Shown: positions 40,372 through 50,443 of the stretch, piece by piece | Numbering within the stretch: the first letter of the stretch is position 1 | Layout of the letters: each line of letters begins with the position of its first letter | Assembly (NCBI GenBank): GCA_963792535.1 | Contig: CAWBWQ010000001.1 | Coordinates: forward strand, 288,001-352,000 | Direction: 5' to 3' | DNA: 64,000 bases | From: an uncultured Phycisphaerales bacterium | GTDB lineage: Bacteria; Planctomycetota; Phycisphaerae; Tepidisphaerales; Tepidisphaeraceae | The notes under the pieces: model-generated | Database searches by the model: none | What the model was told of the DNA's origin: nothing | The model's input: the letters and a program-made list of their open reading frames with translations, nothing else | Program-made: the position numbers and the translations under genes

Positions 40372-42363
40372 TCACTTCGCCTTCTGCGGTTCGGCGTTTT
40401 TGTCGATGGTAATTTCAAAGTCCGCCGACCCGCTCATCACGCGCGGGGTTGGGATGATTTTTAATGCGGAACTGACGTATTGCGTCGTGTCGCTGCGATC
40501 GGCGCCAACCAGGATCTGGCGGCGCGAGGACGGAAGTTTGGGCATCGCGGTATGACCGATGGCAATCCCATCCGGTTGCCGGAGCAACCGAAGATACAAT
40601 GCATCATGCCGGATAGCCGAGGCATCGCGAACGACGTCAAAAACCTGGTCCAGTGTCTCGGCGGCAAATTTAAAGGGTTCGGCGATGCGCTCATCGGCAA
40701 AGTATTTCTGCCAATCGGAAATCGTCAGCTGATAGGTTCCATCAGGAAGATCGCGCGGCAAAACCATGCTGACCGGCAATACCATTTCACCCGCGCGAAA
40801 TGCGCGATAGGTAACATACGCGGTAACCGTTTCACCCGGTCGATAGGCAGAGCGCGGCACGTTCGCATAGAGCAGTGTGCCGGACCTGGCCTGCGGAGAA
40901 ATGACGATGGTTCCCGTGATCTTTTTCACCAGCACCGAACCGAACGGATTCTCCGCCGCGGCGATCAGCGGAGTGCCGACTTCGAAAAATAAATCACCCG
41001 CTCCGGCATTCACATCAGTATTGACCAGGTGCACAAGTTTTCCATTGTCGAACTCCATCGTCAGGTCGTAATCCATCGTGTGATTCTCCGGCAGTTCCTT
41101 CGCGCCGGTAATGGCGGAGGTCATGGCGGTTGAGATCAACAGCGGGGTCATCTTCGGGTGCAATGCGGTTGTGAAATGATAGAACTGATCTTCCGAGCCA
41201 TCGGTGTATTTGATGTGCAGATCCACGGGAACGGCGGCGGGGGCGCTGCCCAATTCGCCGGAAATTCCGACGGTCTGGTCGTTCTGCAGGGTGCCCGCCG
41301 GGGCATCCAGCGATCCCAGTTTAAAGCTCGACGCCAGGTTCGCCACTATCCCCTGGATCGACCCACCCGCCAGCGGCAGGGAAACTCGGCCTTCTGAATT
41401 AAACGAATGACCAAACGCCAGCACATGCGTGCCGATCACTTCCGTGCAGGTGCCCACAGTGCTCATGTTAACATCACCACCCACCAACGGGACACCGAGC
41501 ACGCAACCCGGCTCGATGGGAGTCGAGGTTTTTTCGCCTGTTCCACCGCTGCCGCCGGCCTGCACCGGCATGAATCCGTAGGCGCGAAACAGAGGCTCCA
41601 TTTCGTTCAGCACTGACGGCGAGAGACCACCGACCATCAACGGAGTCGCCAGCGGTGTAAGCCTCGAACCGTCGGTGACGTTGAGCAGGCGCGGATTGGG
41701 AATGGTGCGTCCAAACTCTGCCAGGGGATAGCCTGGAGGGGCAGTTTTCATGCCCGGCAAGAGCACGCAGTCTGAGAGATACCAGCGGGGTGGCCGCACT
41801 TTCTGTTCCACAGATTCAGCTGAAGATTGCGGGTGATTCAACGGCAGTTGAACAGCTGCTCCATCGCTGGGCTGGGACGAGGGAACCGCCGGCGAATCAG
41901 GCAATTTCAGCATGTATTCGATTGGTTGGACACCTGCGATTGGGTCTTTCTGCAATTGCCAGCCGTAGGCGAACGCGCCAATCATGCGGGCGTTTCCGGT
42001 ATCGTCGTACAAATAAATCGGCGATCCGCTCATGCCCGCAATGGCCAGGTTATGCTCGAGATTGTCGCCGCCGAACTTGATGAGCACGACATCGGTTTTA
42101 GGATTGAAATTTTTTAATACAGAGATGACCTGAACATCAAATCGCTCGATTTTTGTGCCGAGAAAAACGGACAAGCCATACCCTTTCATGCCGGGTCTTA
42201 CTTCAGAGACGCGCATATGCCGAGTAGGATCAAACAGCGAGGGCGAAGCGGCGGCGGGTTGTGTTGCGGGTGGAAGGGCGGGCGCGACAGACGAGGCGGC
42301 GTGAACACAGACCGGGGAAGTCAACAGAAGGAGAAATAATCCGACCGATTGGGTTCGGTTCAT
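40372..42363 (-). CDS. secreted SpoIVB-like peptidase S55 domain protein
   Basis: VRPGMKGYGLSVF, IAGMSGSPIY, IGAFAYG and LAFGH. Confidence 0.88.
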   Translation of the reverse strand: MNRTQSVGLFLLLLTSPVCVHAASSVAPALPPATQPAAASPSLFDPTRHMRVSEVRPGMKGYGLSVFLGTKIERFDVQVISVLKNFNPKTDVVLIKFGGDNLEHNLAIAGMSGSPIYLYDDTGNARMIGAFAYGWQLQKDPIAGVQPIEYMLKLPDSPAVPSSQPSDGAAVQLPLNHPQSSAESVEQKVRPPRWYLSDCVLLPGMKTAPPGYPLAEFGRTIPNPRLLNVTDGSRLTPLATPLMVGGLSPSVLNEMEPLFRAYGFMPVQAGGSGGTGEKTSTPIEPGCVLGVPLVGGDVNMSTVGTCTEVIGTHVLAFGHSFNSEGRVSLPLAGGSIQGIVANLASSFKLGSLDAPAGTLQNDQTVGISGELGSAPAAVPVDLHIKYTDGSEDQFYHFTTALHPKMTPLLISTAMTSAITGAKELPENHTMDYDLTMEFDNGKLVHLVNTDVNAGAGDLFFEVGTPLIAAAENPFGSVLVKKITGTIVISPQARSGTLLYANVPRSAYRPGETVTAYVTYRAFRAGEMVLPVSMVLPRDLPDGTYQLTISDWQKYFADERIAEPFKFAAETLDQVFDVVRDASAIRHDALYLRLLRQPDGIAIGHTAMPKLPSSRRQILVGADRSDTTQYVSSALKIIPTPRVMSGSADFEITIDKNAEPQKAK

Positions 42364-42479
42364 CAAACACCTTTTCGACACATACCTGACGACGCGCGGA
42401 ACAATGAGCCGTTGGGCGAGCTAAAAACATCCTAGAACCGCCCGCGCCGACCCGCAAGCGGGGGTATTATGCGCTGGAT

Positions 42480-42860
42480 TTAACTGCCGGTGGCGGCAGT
42501 TTTGACTGAGGTTCCCACGAGTCCCTTGCGCGCCAGCAGGGTCAGGAACTTTTCGGTGGCCACCTGCGCTTTGCGCTCGGAGATGTTATAGGTTCTGGCG
42601 AGTTTACGCGCGATTTGCTGCACGGAAGTTTTGCCGTCGCAGTGGTTCCAGACCAGCTGGCCGAGCATGTCAAACTCGAACGTTTTGGTGGCATGCTTCG
42701 GCAGGCGCAGCAACCAGGTGCTCCAGCGGGGCTGGCGGATCTGGACGGTGAGTTTTCCGTCGACCATGTCAGCGTCGACCATGTGCAGCGGTTTAGACGC
42801 CAGCTGCTGTTGTCGTGTCATGCGAAGTTTACGCTGTTGGGCTGGCATAGGTCGTCGCAT
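42480..42860 (-). CDS. PqqD-family (RRE-like) protein
   Basis: FEFDMLGQLVWNHCDGKTSVQQIARKLARTY..FLTLLARKGLV. Confidence 0.8.
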   Translation of the reverse strand: MRRPMPAQQRKLRMTRQQQLASKPLHMVDADMVDGKLTVQIRQPRWSTWLLRLPKHATKTFEFDMLGQLVWNHCDGKTSVQQIARKLARTYNISERKAQVATEKFLTLLARKGLVGTSVKTAATGS

Positions 42861-43082
42861 TGCCGATAAAGCAATTGAGCTGTTGCTTGCGCGTGAGCAG
42901 CTGCTTTGGTGCGGCCTGACTTTATCCCTCTTCAAATAGTTGGACAAGCAGAACGATCGCCACTGAGCACGTATTCGAGTTGTAAAGAAGTAGAAGCGTC
43001 AGTTCGTTCTTCACATAAATGTATCCGGTGATTCATTTCATAATTCGCCCGTCCGCGAGGTTGCGTGTAATCTCATTGGCCT

Positions 43083-44864
43083 GTGCTGAAATGGTCGGTA
43101 TCGATTCTGCTCCTGGTCTCATTTGCGGCCTGGCCGTTGATATTCGGCCCGTATAATTCCGCGCTTATTACCTTCGGGTCGCTGGGTCCGTGGTGGCTGC
43201 TCGCATTCACGTTGATTATCTTTTTTGTCGCATGGTTTCCGCCACTCTCCGGGCCGATCCATCGCCAGTTGCAGCGGATGGCAAACCCTTCATCCCGCGG
43301 ACAACTTCTCGGCGCTGTTGCGGTTACCATCTTTTCAATCGGCTATCTCTACGTCACCGCGCGGATGGAGCACCGCCAGTTTTTTCCTTATATCCACGAT
43401 GAGTTCAGCTTCCTGATCCAGGCGAATCAATTCGCGCGGCACCGTCTATGGATGCCCGCCCATCCCATGGCACCTTTTTTCGAATCTTTCCAGTTGTTTA
43501 CCGCGCCGGTGTATGCTTCGATTTATTTCCCCGGCACCGCGGTGGTTCACTTACCGGGCACCTGGCTGCATGCGCAACCTTTCGTTACCTCGCTGGCCGT
43601 CTCGGGCGCGGTGGCCGGTCTGCTGTGTTGGATCGTGTGTAAAACCATTGACGCCGTCGCGGGCGGGCTGGCGGTTGCGCTGCTTCTCAGCGACGGTCTT
43701 TATCGCCAGGAATCGCTGCTCACACTGTCGCATATGCCGGTCCTGATGTTCGGTTTGCTATCGATCGTCGCATGGTTGCGCTGGCGCGATACCTTTGGCG
43801 ATGACTGGGCTATCGCCATCGGTTTTTTCCTCGCCTTCGCCGCCATCACCCGTCCGGTGGATGCATTGTGTTTTGCCATCCCCATTGGCATAGCGGTGCT
43901 GGTTCGATGCCGGGTAAAGCGATCCTTCACCGCTGTCTGCTGGATCGCCATCGGCATGCTGCCGCTGCTGCTATTGCAGCTGCTGCTCAACCGTGGGATC
44001 ACGAACAGCTGGCTGCGAACTCCGTTTGGGCTTTATGCGGATAACGAATACCCGGGCTCTTCATACGGATTTCATCCGCCGCGGACGTTTTCAAGGCCCC
44101 AATCCGATTTGCCACAGTTGCAGAAGCTCTACCGCCAGGAGTATTGGCCGCTCATTGAACAGCACCGGCCACAAAATGTCTTCACAGATCTGATGACCCA
44201 TCGTCTGCAGTTTCTGCTGTCGCAGATCTCACCGACCCCGTATCCCGTGCTGGTGCTGCTGTTAGCAGTGTGCCTTCTGGGCTTAACCACATTGCCAGCG
44301 GATCGGCGTGGGCCGGCGGGGGTGATACTCAGCATCTTCCCGCTTTTCGTGTTGCTCTATGGCCCTTACTTTTTGTTTCTGCCCACCTACGCGCTGCCTG
44401 CTGCACCGGCCGTGATCGTTGGAATTATCCTGGGAAATCGAATGATTTCTTTTACCTGGCCGGGGGCGCGGGTGACCGTAGGGGTAACGCTATTTGTCGC
44501 CGGCCTGGCCGTTGCGGCTTTGCCCAACTGGACGCGGGCTAATCCAGAAGACGTTTTCCATGCGGATCTGCTTGAATCGGTGAACACACAACTTGCGGGA
44601 CTATCGCATCGCCCGGCGGTTGTTCTGTTCACCTACAACCCGACCGGCGATGTCCATCAGGAACCTGTCTATAATCCCGATGTTGCCTGGCCTGACGATG
44701 CCCCGATCATCCGCGCACACGATCGCGGCCCGGACAATTTGCGGATATTCCAATATTACGCCGGCATCCAACCGCAACGTTTTTTCTATCGCTTTGATGA
44801 AAAAACCCGCAGGTTGCATCCTCTCGGATTCGCATCCGACCTTGCAAATAAATTGCCGCAGTAA
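43083..44864 (+). CDS. GT-C (ArnT/PMT-like) integral membrane glycosyltransferase
   Basis: HDEFSFLIQA loop, many TM helices, TRP motif. Confidence 0.7.
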   Translation: MLKWSVSILLLVSFAAWPLIFGPYNSALITFGSLGPWWLLAFTLIIFFVAWFPPLSGPIHRQLQRMANPSSRGQLLGAVAVTIFSIGYLYVTARMEHRQFFPYIHDEFSFLIQANQFARHRLWMPAHPMAPFFESFQLFTAPVYASIYFPGTAVVHLPGTWLHAQPFVTSLAVSGAVAGLLCWIVCKTIDAVAGGLAVALLLSDGLYRQESLLTLSHMPVLMFGLLSIVAWLRWRDTFGDDWAIAIGFFLAFAAITRPVDALCFAIPIGIAVLVRCRVKRSFTAVCWIAIGMLPLLLLQLLLNRGITNSWLRTPFGLYADNEYPGSSYGFHPPRTFSRPQSDLPQLQKLYRQEYWPLIEQHRPQNVFTDLMTHRLQFLLSQISPTPYPVLVLLLAVCLLGLTTLPADRRGPAGVILSIFPLFVLLYGPYFLFLPTYALPAAPAVIVGIILGNRMISFTWPGARVTVGVTLFVAGLAVAALPNWTRANPEDVFHADLLESVNTQLAGLSHRPAVVLFTYNPTGDVHQEPVYNPDVAWPDDAPIIRAHDRGPDNLRIFQYYAGIQPQRFFYRFDEKTRRLHPLGFASDLANKLPQ

Positions 44865-44873
44865 CCGCGTGAA

Positions 44874-46541
44874 TTAATCCACCTTTTTTTCCACAAACCG
44901 GCGCGATACGAATTTTTTCCCCTTCAGCGTCCCGTTTTTCAGCACACCAAGCGCTTCTTCGATGAGTGTCTCCGGCAGTTCAACCACGGAATATTTGTCG
45001 CTGATTTCGATCGACCCGATCGTCGTTCCCTTGATTCCTTCAGCAGTGATCGCCCCGATGAGATTTTGCGGAAGAATGCCCGAACTGCGCCCTGCGCCGA
45101 TGTAAATTCGCGCGGTCTTGACAGGCAGAACCGGGGCAAGCGGCGGCTGCTCCTTGGGCGTCACCGCGGGGAGTATATTCGGTTTAGCGACCGGCGATGG
45201 CGTTGAGTCGTCGTCCTGCTCGCCGCCCGTTGCCAGGTGCGCTAATTTTACCGCCGCCAGCGCGACATCCATCAGACTATGCTCCTGTGCAAGCGACTCG
45301 ACCGCCACGCGATACTGATCCAACCCGCCCGCCAGGATCGCCTCGTGCAGGGACACGCGCGTCAACTCCAGGCGTCTGGCACGCAGATCCGCAACGGTTG
45401 GCACTTGCGCGATAAAAATCTTTCCCTTTGTCTGTCTTTCAAACTGCTGCAGCAATCGCGATTCGCGCGGGTCGGCGAGGGTAATTGCGGTTCCTTCCCG
45501 GCCTGCCCGCCCAACGCGCCCGATGCGATGCACGTATGAATCCGGCGTCGCCGGCGCGTCGTAGTTCACGACCAATTCGAGGTTGTCGATGTCCAATCCG
45601 CGCGCGGCTACATCGGTCGCGATGACCAGGTCGATCTTGCCTTCGCGAAGCTGCTTGATCACGCGCGAGCGCACGTCCTGCGTCACGCCTCCGTGCAAAG
45701 CCTGCGCTCGATATCCCTGCGCGCCCAGCCGATCGGTCAGGTGATCGACCTCCGTGCGAGTCCGGCAAAAAATCAGTGACGATCCGGGATTTTCCATGTC
45801 CAGAACGCGGCTGAGCGCTTCGAGCTTTTTGCCCCGCGGGACGATATATGCCACCTGTCGAACCTTTGGCGCCGCTCCTTTTGCGATCGGTTCGGCGGCG
45901 ATTTGAATCCGCAGTGGAGTTTTCAGATGCCGCTTGACCATTCCCGCGATACGCGGAGGAAGGGTCGCGCTGAAAAACACCGTCTGTCGCGCCGCGGGTG
46001 TCTCTACGAGGATTGCCTCCAGATCATCGGCGAATCCCATGTCGAGCATTTCGTCGGCTTCGTCGAGGGTCAGGTTTGATATGCCGCTGAGATCCATCGT
46101 CTTTCGTCGAATATGATCCAGCGCCCGCCCGGGTGTTGCGACGACCACATCAACCCCCCGGTCCAGCATGCGCTGCTGCTGTCCGAAGGAATGGCCTCCA
46201 TAAATAGGGATGACTGTCAATTTTAATTTCTGGCTGTATTTGTGCATCGCCTCGGCCACCTGCATCGCCAGCTCGCGCGTCGGCACAAGGATCAAAGCCG
46301 ATGGCATCGGGCGATCCTTTGGCAACTCTGCAATGCGATGCAGCAGCGGCAAAGCAAACGCCGCTGTCTTGCCCGTCCCTGTTGCGGCCTGACCGATCAC
46401 ATCCTGCCCGGTCAGTAACAGGGGGATCGCTTCCCGCTGGATCGGGGTGGGTTCTTCGTATCCCAACTCGATTAGGGCATCCAGCAGCTTCGGGTTTAAT
46501 CCAAGGTTGGCAAATCCACTCGCGGTGGCAGTCTTTGTCAT
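44874..46541 (-). CDS. deaD: DEAD-box RNA helicase with DbpA RNA-binding domain (DeaD/CsdA-like)
   Basis: Q motif, ATGTGKT, PTRELA, DEAD, SAT and HRIGRVGR. Confidence 0.9.
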   Translation of the reverse strand: MTKTATASGFANLGLNPKLLDALIELGYEEPTPIQREAIPLLLTGQDVIGQAATGTGKTAAFALPLLHRIAELPKDRPMPSALILVPTRELAMQVAEAMHKYSQKLKLTVIPIYGGHSFGQQQRMLDRGVDVVVATPGRALDHIRRKTMDLSGISNLTLDEADEMLDMGFADDLEAILVETPAARQTVFFSATLPPRIAGMVKRHLKTPLRIQIAAEPIAKGAAPKVRQVAYIVPRGKKLEALSRVLDMENPGSSLIFCRTRTEVDHLTDRLGAQGYRAQALHGGVTQDVRSRVIKQLREGKIDLVIATDVAARGLDIDNLELVVNYDAPATPDSYVHRIGRVGRAGREGTAITLADPRESRLLQQFERQTKGKIFIAQVPTVADLRARRLELTRVSLHEAILAGGLDQYRVAVESLAQEHSLMDVALAAVKLAHLATGGEQDDDSTPSPVAKPNILPAVTPKEQPPLAPVLPVKTARIYIGAGRSSGILPQNLIGAITAEGIKGTTIGSIEISDKYSVVELPETLIEEALGVLKNGTLKGKKFVSRRFVEKKVD

Positions 46542-46947
46542 CACTATCTCAATTGAGGCCGAAGCCTGTTAAACAAAACGAGTCCCCCAGGCAGGGACGA
46601 ATGGTGAATCGTAGCAAAAATCGCACTGAATTTACATCAGCCGTCACAAGCCCATCGCTGCGCCAGCGCAGCACCCTGATATCGGAACAGGACCGGACCA
46701 TGCCATCACACGGCGTGGACAGCCCTCACTTTTATATTGGAGACTGTCGCGTCTGCTTTGTTACTGATTAATCATTGTCGGTTTGTCACTCTAATTCGTA
46801 GCTTGCTACACTACATCTGTCAGGGGTAGCTAGTATGGACATGGCGACTCGCAGATTCAGCGGCATCATCTGGCGGGACAAGCCGAGCAGGTTGCCGCAC
46901 AAGTACCGATTTGTGAAAAGCGATTATTGCATAGGAGCGAAGCTGTC

Positions 46948-47847
46948 ATGAAAGACCAAGCCATCATGATGAACCAAATCTCTGCCAAGCAAGGTTTTTT
47001 CGCGGCGCTCGACCAGAGCGGAGGGTCGACGCCCGGGCACTGCGGCAATATGGGATTCCGGAGACCGCCTACCGGGGCGATGCGGAAATGTTTCAGCGCA
47101 TGCACGAAATGCGCAGTGCGCGTGATGACCGCGCCGTCTTTCACAGGAGACAAAATCATCGGTGCTATTCTTTTTGAAGGCACGATGGACGGTCTGGCCG
47201 AGGGAAAACCTGTCCCGGCCTACCTTTGGGATGTTCGCCACATTGTTCCATTCCTGAAGGTGGACAAGGGATTGGAAGCAGAGAAAGATGGTGTTCGCCT
47301 GATGAAGCCGATGCCTGCGCTGGACGCGCTGCTGGACCGGGCAACGGGGCTGGGGATTTTTGGTACCAAGATGCGGTCAGTGATTAATCTTCCATCGCCG
47401 ATGGGAATTCATGCGATCGTCGATCAGCAGTTTGCTGTGGCCGGACAAATTCTGAAGCATGGACTTGTTCCCATTCTCGAGCCCGAAGTCCTGATTAACA
47501 GCCCTGATAAGGCGGGGGCGGAAAACATTCTTCTGGAGCAATTGCTCAAGGGGCTGGATGCGCTGACCGCAGAACAACCGGTGTTGCTCAAACTTACACT
47601 CCCCGAAGTTCCCGATCATTATGCGCCGCTGATTCATCACAAGCGGGTGGCGAGGGTTGTTGCGCTTTCCGGCGGCTATGCGCTTGAGGACGCCTGCAAG
47701 CGTCTTGCGATGAACCACGACGTGATCGCAAGCTTTTCGCGCGCACTCCTGGATGAGTTAAAACAATCGATGAGCGACGCTGAGTTTGACGCTACGCTGG
47801 CGACCGTTATCGACAAGATCTATCAGGCCTCAACGTTGAAGCATTGA
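46948..47847 (+). CDS. fda: fructose-1,6-bisphosphate aldolase class I (bacterial type)
   Basis: GFFAALDQSGGSTP, PFLKVDKGL, FGTKMRSVI, PILEPEV and ALSGGY. Confidence 0.9.
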   Translation: MKDQAIMMNQISAKQGFFAALDQSGGSTPGHCGNMGFRRPPTGAMRKCFSACTKCAVRVMTAPSFTGDKIIGAILFEGTMDGLAEGKPVPAYLWDVRHIVPFLKVDKGLEAEKDGVRLMKPMPALDALLDRATGLGIFGTKMRSVINLPSPMGIHAIVDQQFAVAGQILKHGLVPILEPEVLINSPDKAGAENILLEQLLKGLDALTAEQPVLLKLTLPEVPDHYAPLIHHKRVARVVALSGGYALEDACKRLAMNHDVIASFSRALLDELKQSMSDAEFDATLATVIDKIYQASTLKH

Positions 47848-47859
47848 ATTCAAGGTTCA

Positions 47860-49164
47860 TCAGCGGTCAAACAGGTTATGCGATATCCATCCCAGGGCAA
47901 AGCAGCCTATTGCCGCGATAGTGCCGATGATCAGCGCCATGCGATGACGAATCACAATTTTCATGTAGGGGTCGGACCAGACGTCCGCCTTGGCATTGAT
48001 CGTGTTTCCGTCCAGATAGTTCTGCAGATCCTCGCCGAGCGCTGCCGCTGAGGGGTAGCGACGCCGGGGGTCTTTCTCAAGTGCTTTCGCGACGATTGTT
48101 TCAAAGTCTCCGCGGAGTCTCCGATCGATTGTCCCCAGCCGAGGCGGAACGCTTTCGACCACGCGCCTGGCAATTTCCGGGAGTGGGCAGTCGGTTACAT
48201 CAATTGCATGCCTGCCGGTGACCATCTGGAAAAGAACCGCCGCGATGGCGTAGACGTCCGCAGCAGGGCCCACGTCGTCAGCACGACCGGCGATCTGCTC
48301 GGGGCTCATATATGCGGGAGTGCCAACGAGATGGCCCTGGCCGGTAAGGCGCGTGAGTGTTTCCTCTGTCGGTTGACCACCAACTGCACGGGCGACACCA
48401 AAATCCAAAACTTTTACCGAATACGCTGACAGGTCGCGGGCTACAAGCAAATTCGCAGGCTTAAGATCGCGATGAATCACTCCTCTGCGGTGTGCGTGCT
48501 CGATTGCTTCGCACACCTGGATGACCAATGCGACGATCTCCTGCAGGCTGCACCGGTGCAACCGACAATGTTCGAGAATCTGCGTCCCATGGATTTGTTC
48601 CATCGCGATGTAAGGGACGCGAAGTTGCTGTCCATCTGCTGTTCGCACTTCGGCGATACCGGCGGCGTAAATCTCCGCGATTCCCCGGTGGCTCAATCGA
48701 CCCAGCAACTCGGCCTCGCGTTCGAAGCGCGTGATCATTGCGGGGGTGGAAACACTCCGCTTGATCACTTTCAGCGCGACGGTGCGTCGCGGACGTTGCT
48801 GCTCGGCCACGTATACGACCCCCATGCCGCCCACGCCGAGTTGGCCGATGATGACAAAGTCACCTACGCGTTGCCCAACCGCGGCGCCACCCCATTCTTC
48901 CAGCTCAGCGTCGCGGTGCAGCGGCTCGGCACGCGAGCCGTGCAGTTCCGCTGGATTGAGAAATCCGCTGCGCCGGCCGTCATCGTTTCCTGCTTTATCA
49001 AGGTGTAGGAGGAGACTTTTAACCTCGCTGCAAACTTGCGGGTTGTGTTGGCAAAACTCACTGAGCCAGCTGTCGGTGACGGCGCTGGCGCCAAATTCTT
49101 CCCGCCGCTGGGTGGCGGCAATAAAAGCCTCATCCAGGCTGACCGCGCGAGCAATGACACTCAT
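47860..49164 (-). CDS. Hanks-type Ser/Thr protein kinase with a single C-terminal TM
   Basis: GVGGMG, VALK, HRDLKPAN, DFG and GTPAYMSPEQ. Confidence 0.93.
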   Translation of the reverse strand: MSVIARAVSLDEAFIAATQRREEFGASAVTDSWLSEFCQHNPQVCSEVKSLLLHLDKAGNDDGRRSGFLNPAELHGSRAEPLHRDAELEEWGGAAVGQRVGDFVIIGQLGVGGMGVVYVAEQQRPRRTVALKVIKRSVSTPAMITRFEREAELLGRLSHRGIAEIYAAGIAEVRTADGQQLRVPYIAMEQIHGTQILEHCRLHRCSLQEIVALVIQVCEAIEHAHRRGVIHRDLKPANLLVARDLSAYSVKVLDFGVARAVGGQPTEETLTRLTGQGHLVGTPAYMSPEQIAGRADDVGPAADVYAIAAVLFQMVTGRHAIDVTDCPLPEIARRVVESVPPRLGTIDRRLRGDFETIVAKALEKDPRRRYPSAAALGEDLQNYLDGNTINAKADVWSDPYMKIVIRHRMALIIGTIAAIGCFALGWISHNLFDR

Positions 49165-49758
49165 GATGCTCCGGACATCTCGCGGTGAAGCCAGGCACGG
49201 GCAAACGCCCACTCGTTTTTAACCGTGGCGGGTGACAGGTCCATCGCGGCTGCCGTTTCTTCCACGCTTAGCCCGGCGAAGTATCGCAGCGTGACCACCT
49301 TGGCTTTGCGGGGATCGAACTGTTCGAGTTTCTGCAGCGCTTCCTCAAGTGCGACCAGATCGGTGGCGTCATAATCAGGTTTGGCGCTCGCGACGGCTTG
49401 AGCTTCGAGATCGAGACGCTGTTTTCCCCCGCCGTGTTTGGCCCGATTGCGATGTCGCGCGCGTTTCGACCAGAATCCGTCGCATGGTGATCGCCGCTGC
49501 ACCGAAAAAATGACCGCGACCCTGCCAGGCCGCAGCTTTTCGATCCGGATCTTCCGCAGGCGGTGTTACCAGCCGAAGATAAGCTTCATGTACCAACGCC
49601 GTCGCCTGCAACGTCATTCCCGCCCCGGCCTGTGGTTCACCTGCCAAACGCGACTTAGCGAGTATGCGCAGCTCGCCGTAAACTGCATCGAGCAGCTTAT
49701 TTGTCGCCTGCTGATCACCCGTTTGCGCCGCCTGAAGGATCTGCGTCAGTTCTTCCAT
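49161..49758 (-). CDS. ECF sigma factor of the kinase-associated type (frameshift near 49462)
   Basis: TLQATALVHEAYLRL, HFFGAAAITMRRILVE, LRYFAGLSVEETA..WAFARAWL; ATGA overlap with the kinase. Confidence 0.9.
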
Positions 49759-49907
49759 GGTTGTGCCCGATTCGGCTGTGCGGAATTTACCCGAAGTTTG
49801 TCATTTACTCGCGAAAGATCTCGGAAAATCTTTAGCCTGTTTACCAGGCCGTGTCGCATTACTCTGGCACTGGGGCATTCTGGGTATATTGATGGGCTGG
49901 AATTTCC

Positions 49908-50354
49908 ATGACAAACGAATCTATTTCCCGCATCCTGGAGAGTTACGAACGCTTTGCCCCTGAGGTAGACCAGATGGTCGCCGGGTTTTACGAACGGGTC
50001 TTCGCCGCCGCGCCCAGCGTGCGGCCGCTATTTCAACGCGACATGACATTGCAGCGGCATCACCTTGCCGCCACACTTGCATTGGTGGTCCGCAACCTTC
50101 CTTTTCAGGATCTGCTGGACGAACCTTTCATGGAGCTCGGGGCTCAGCACGTGACGTGGGGTGTTCGACCCGAGCATTATCCGGTGGTAAGAGATGCGCT
50201 TCTGGAATCGATCGGCCAGGTGCTGGGAGACCTGTGGACCGCGCAGCTGCAATGCGATTGGAAGCTGCTGCTGGATCACGTCATAACCGCCATGCTCAAG
50301 GGAGCAACGCGTTTTGCCTTGCAGGCGACGACACTTCGCAAACCGCAGGTTTGA
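49908..50354 (+). CDS. single-domain globin (flavohemoglobin-like globin fold)
   Basis: FYERVF (B10 Tyr), PLF (CD1), LGAQHVTWGVRPEHYPVVRDALL (F8 His). Confidence 0.9.
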   Translation: MTNESISRILESYERFAPEVDQMVAGFYERVFAAAPSVRPLFQRDMTLQRHHLAATLALVVRNLPFQDLLDEPFMELGAQHVTWGVRPEHYPVVRDALLESIGQVLGDLWTAQLQCDWKLLLDHVITAMLKGATRFALQATTLRKPQV

Positions 50355-50443
50355 GATCTTTGTTTTTTATTCCCACCTGAAACAAATTCGCCCGGCACGA
50401 TTTCCCGTGCCGGGCGAAGCAGCATTTGAACAGCGATTCAACT

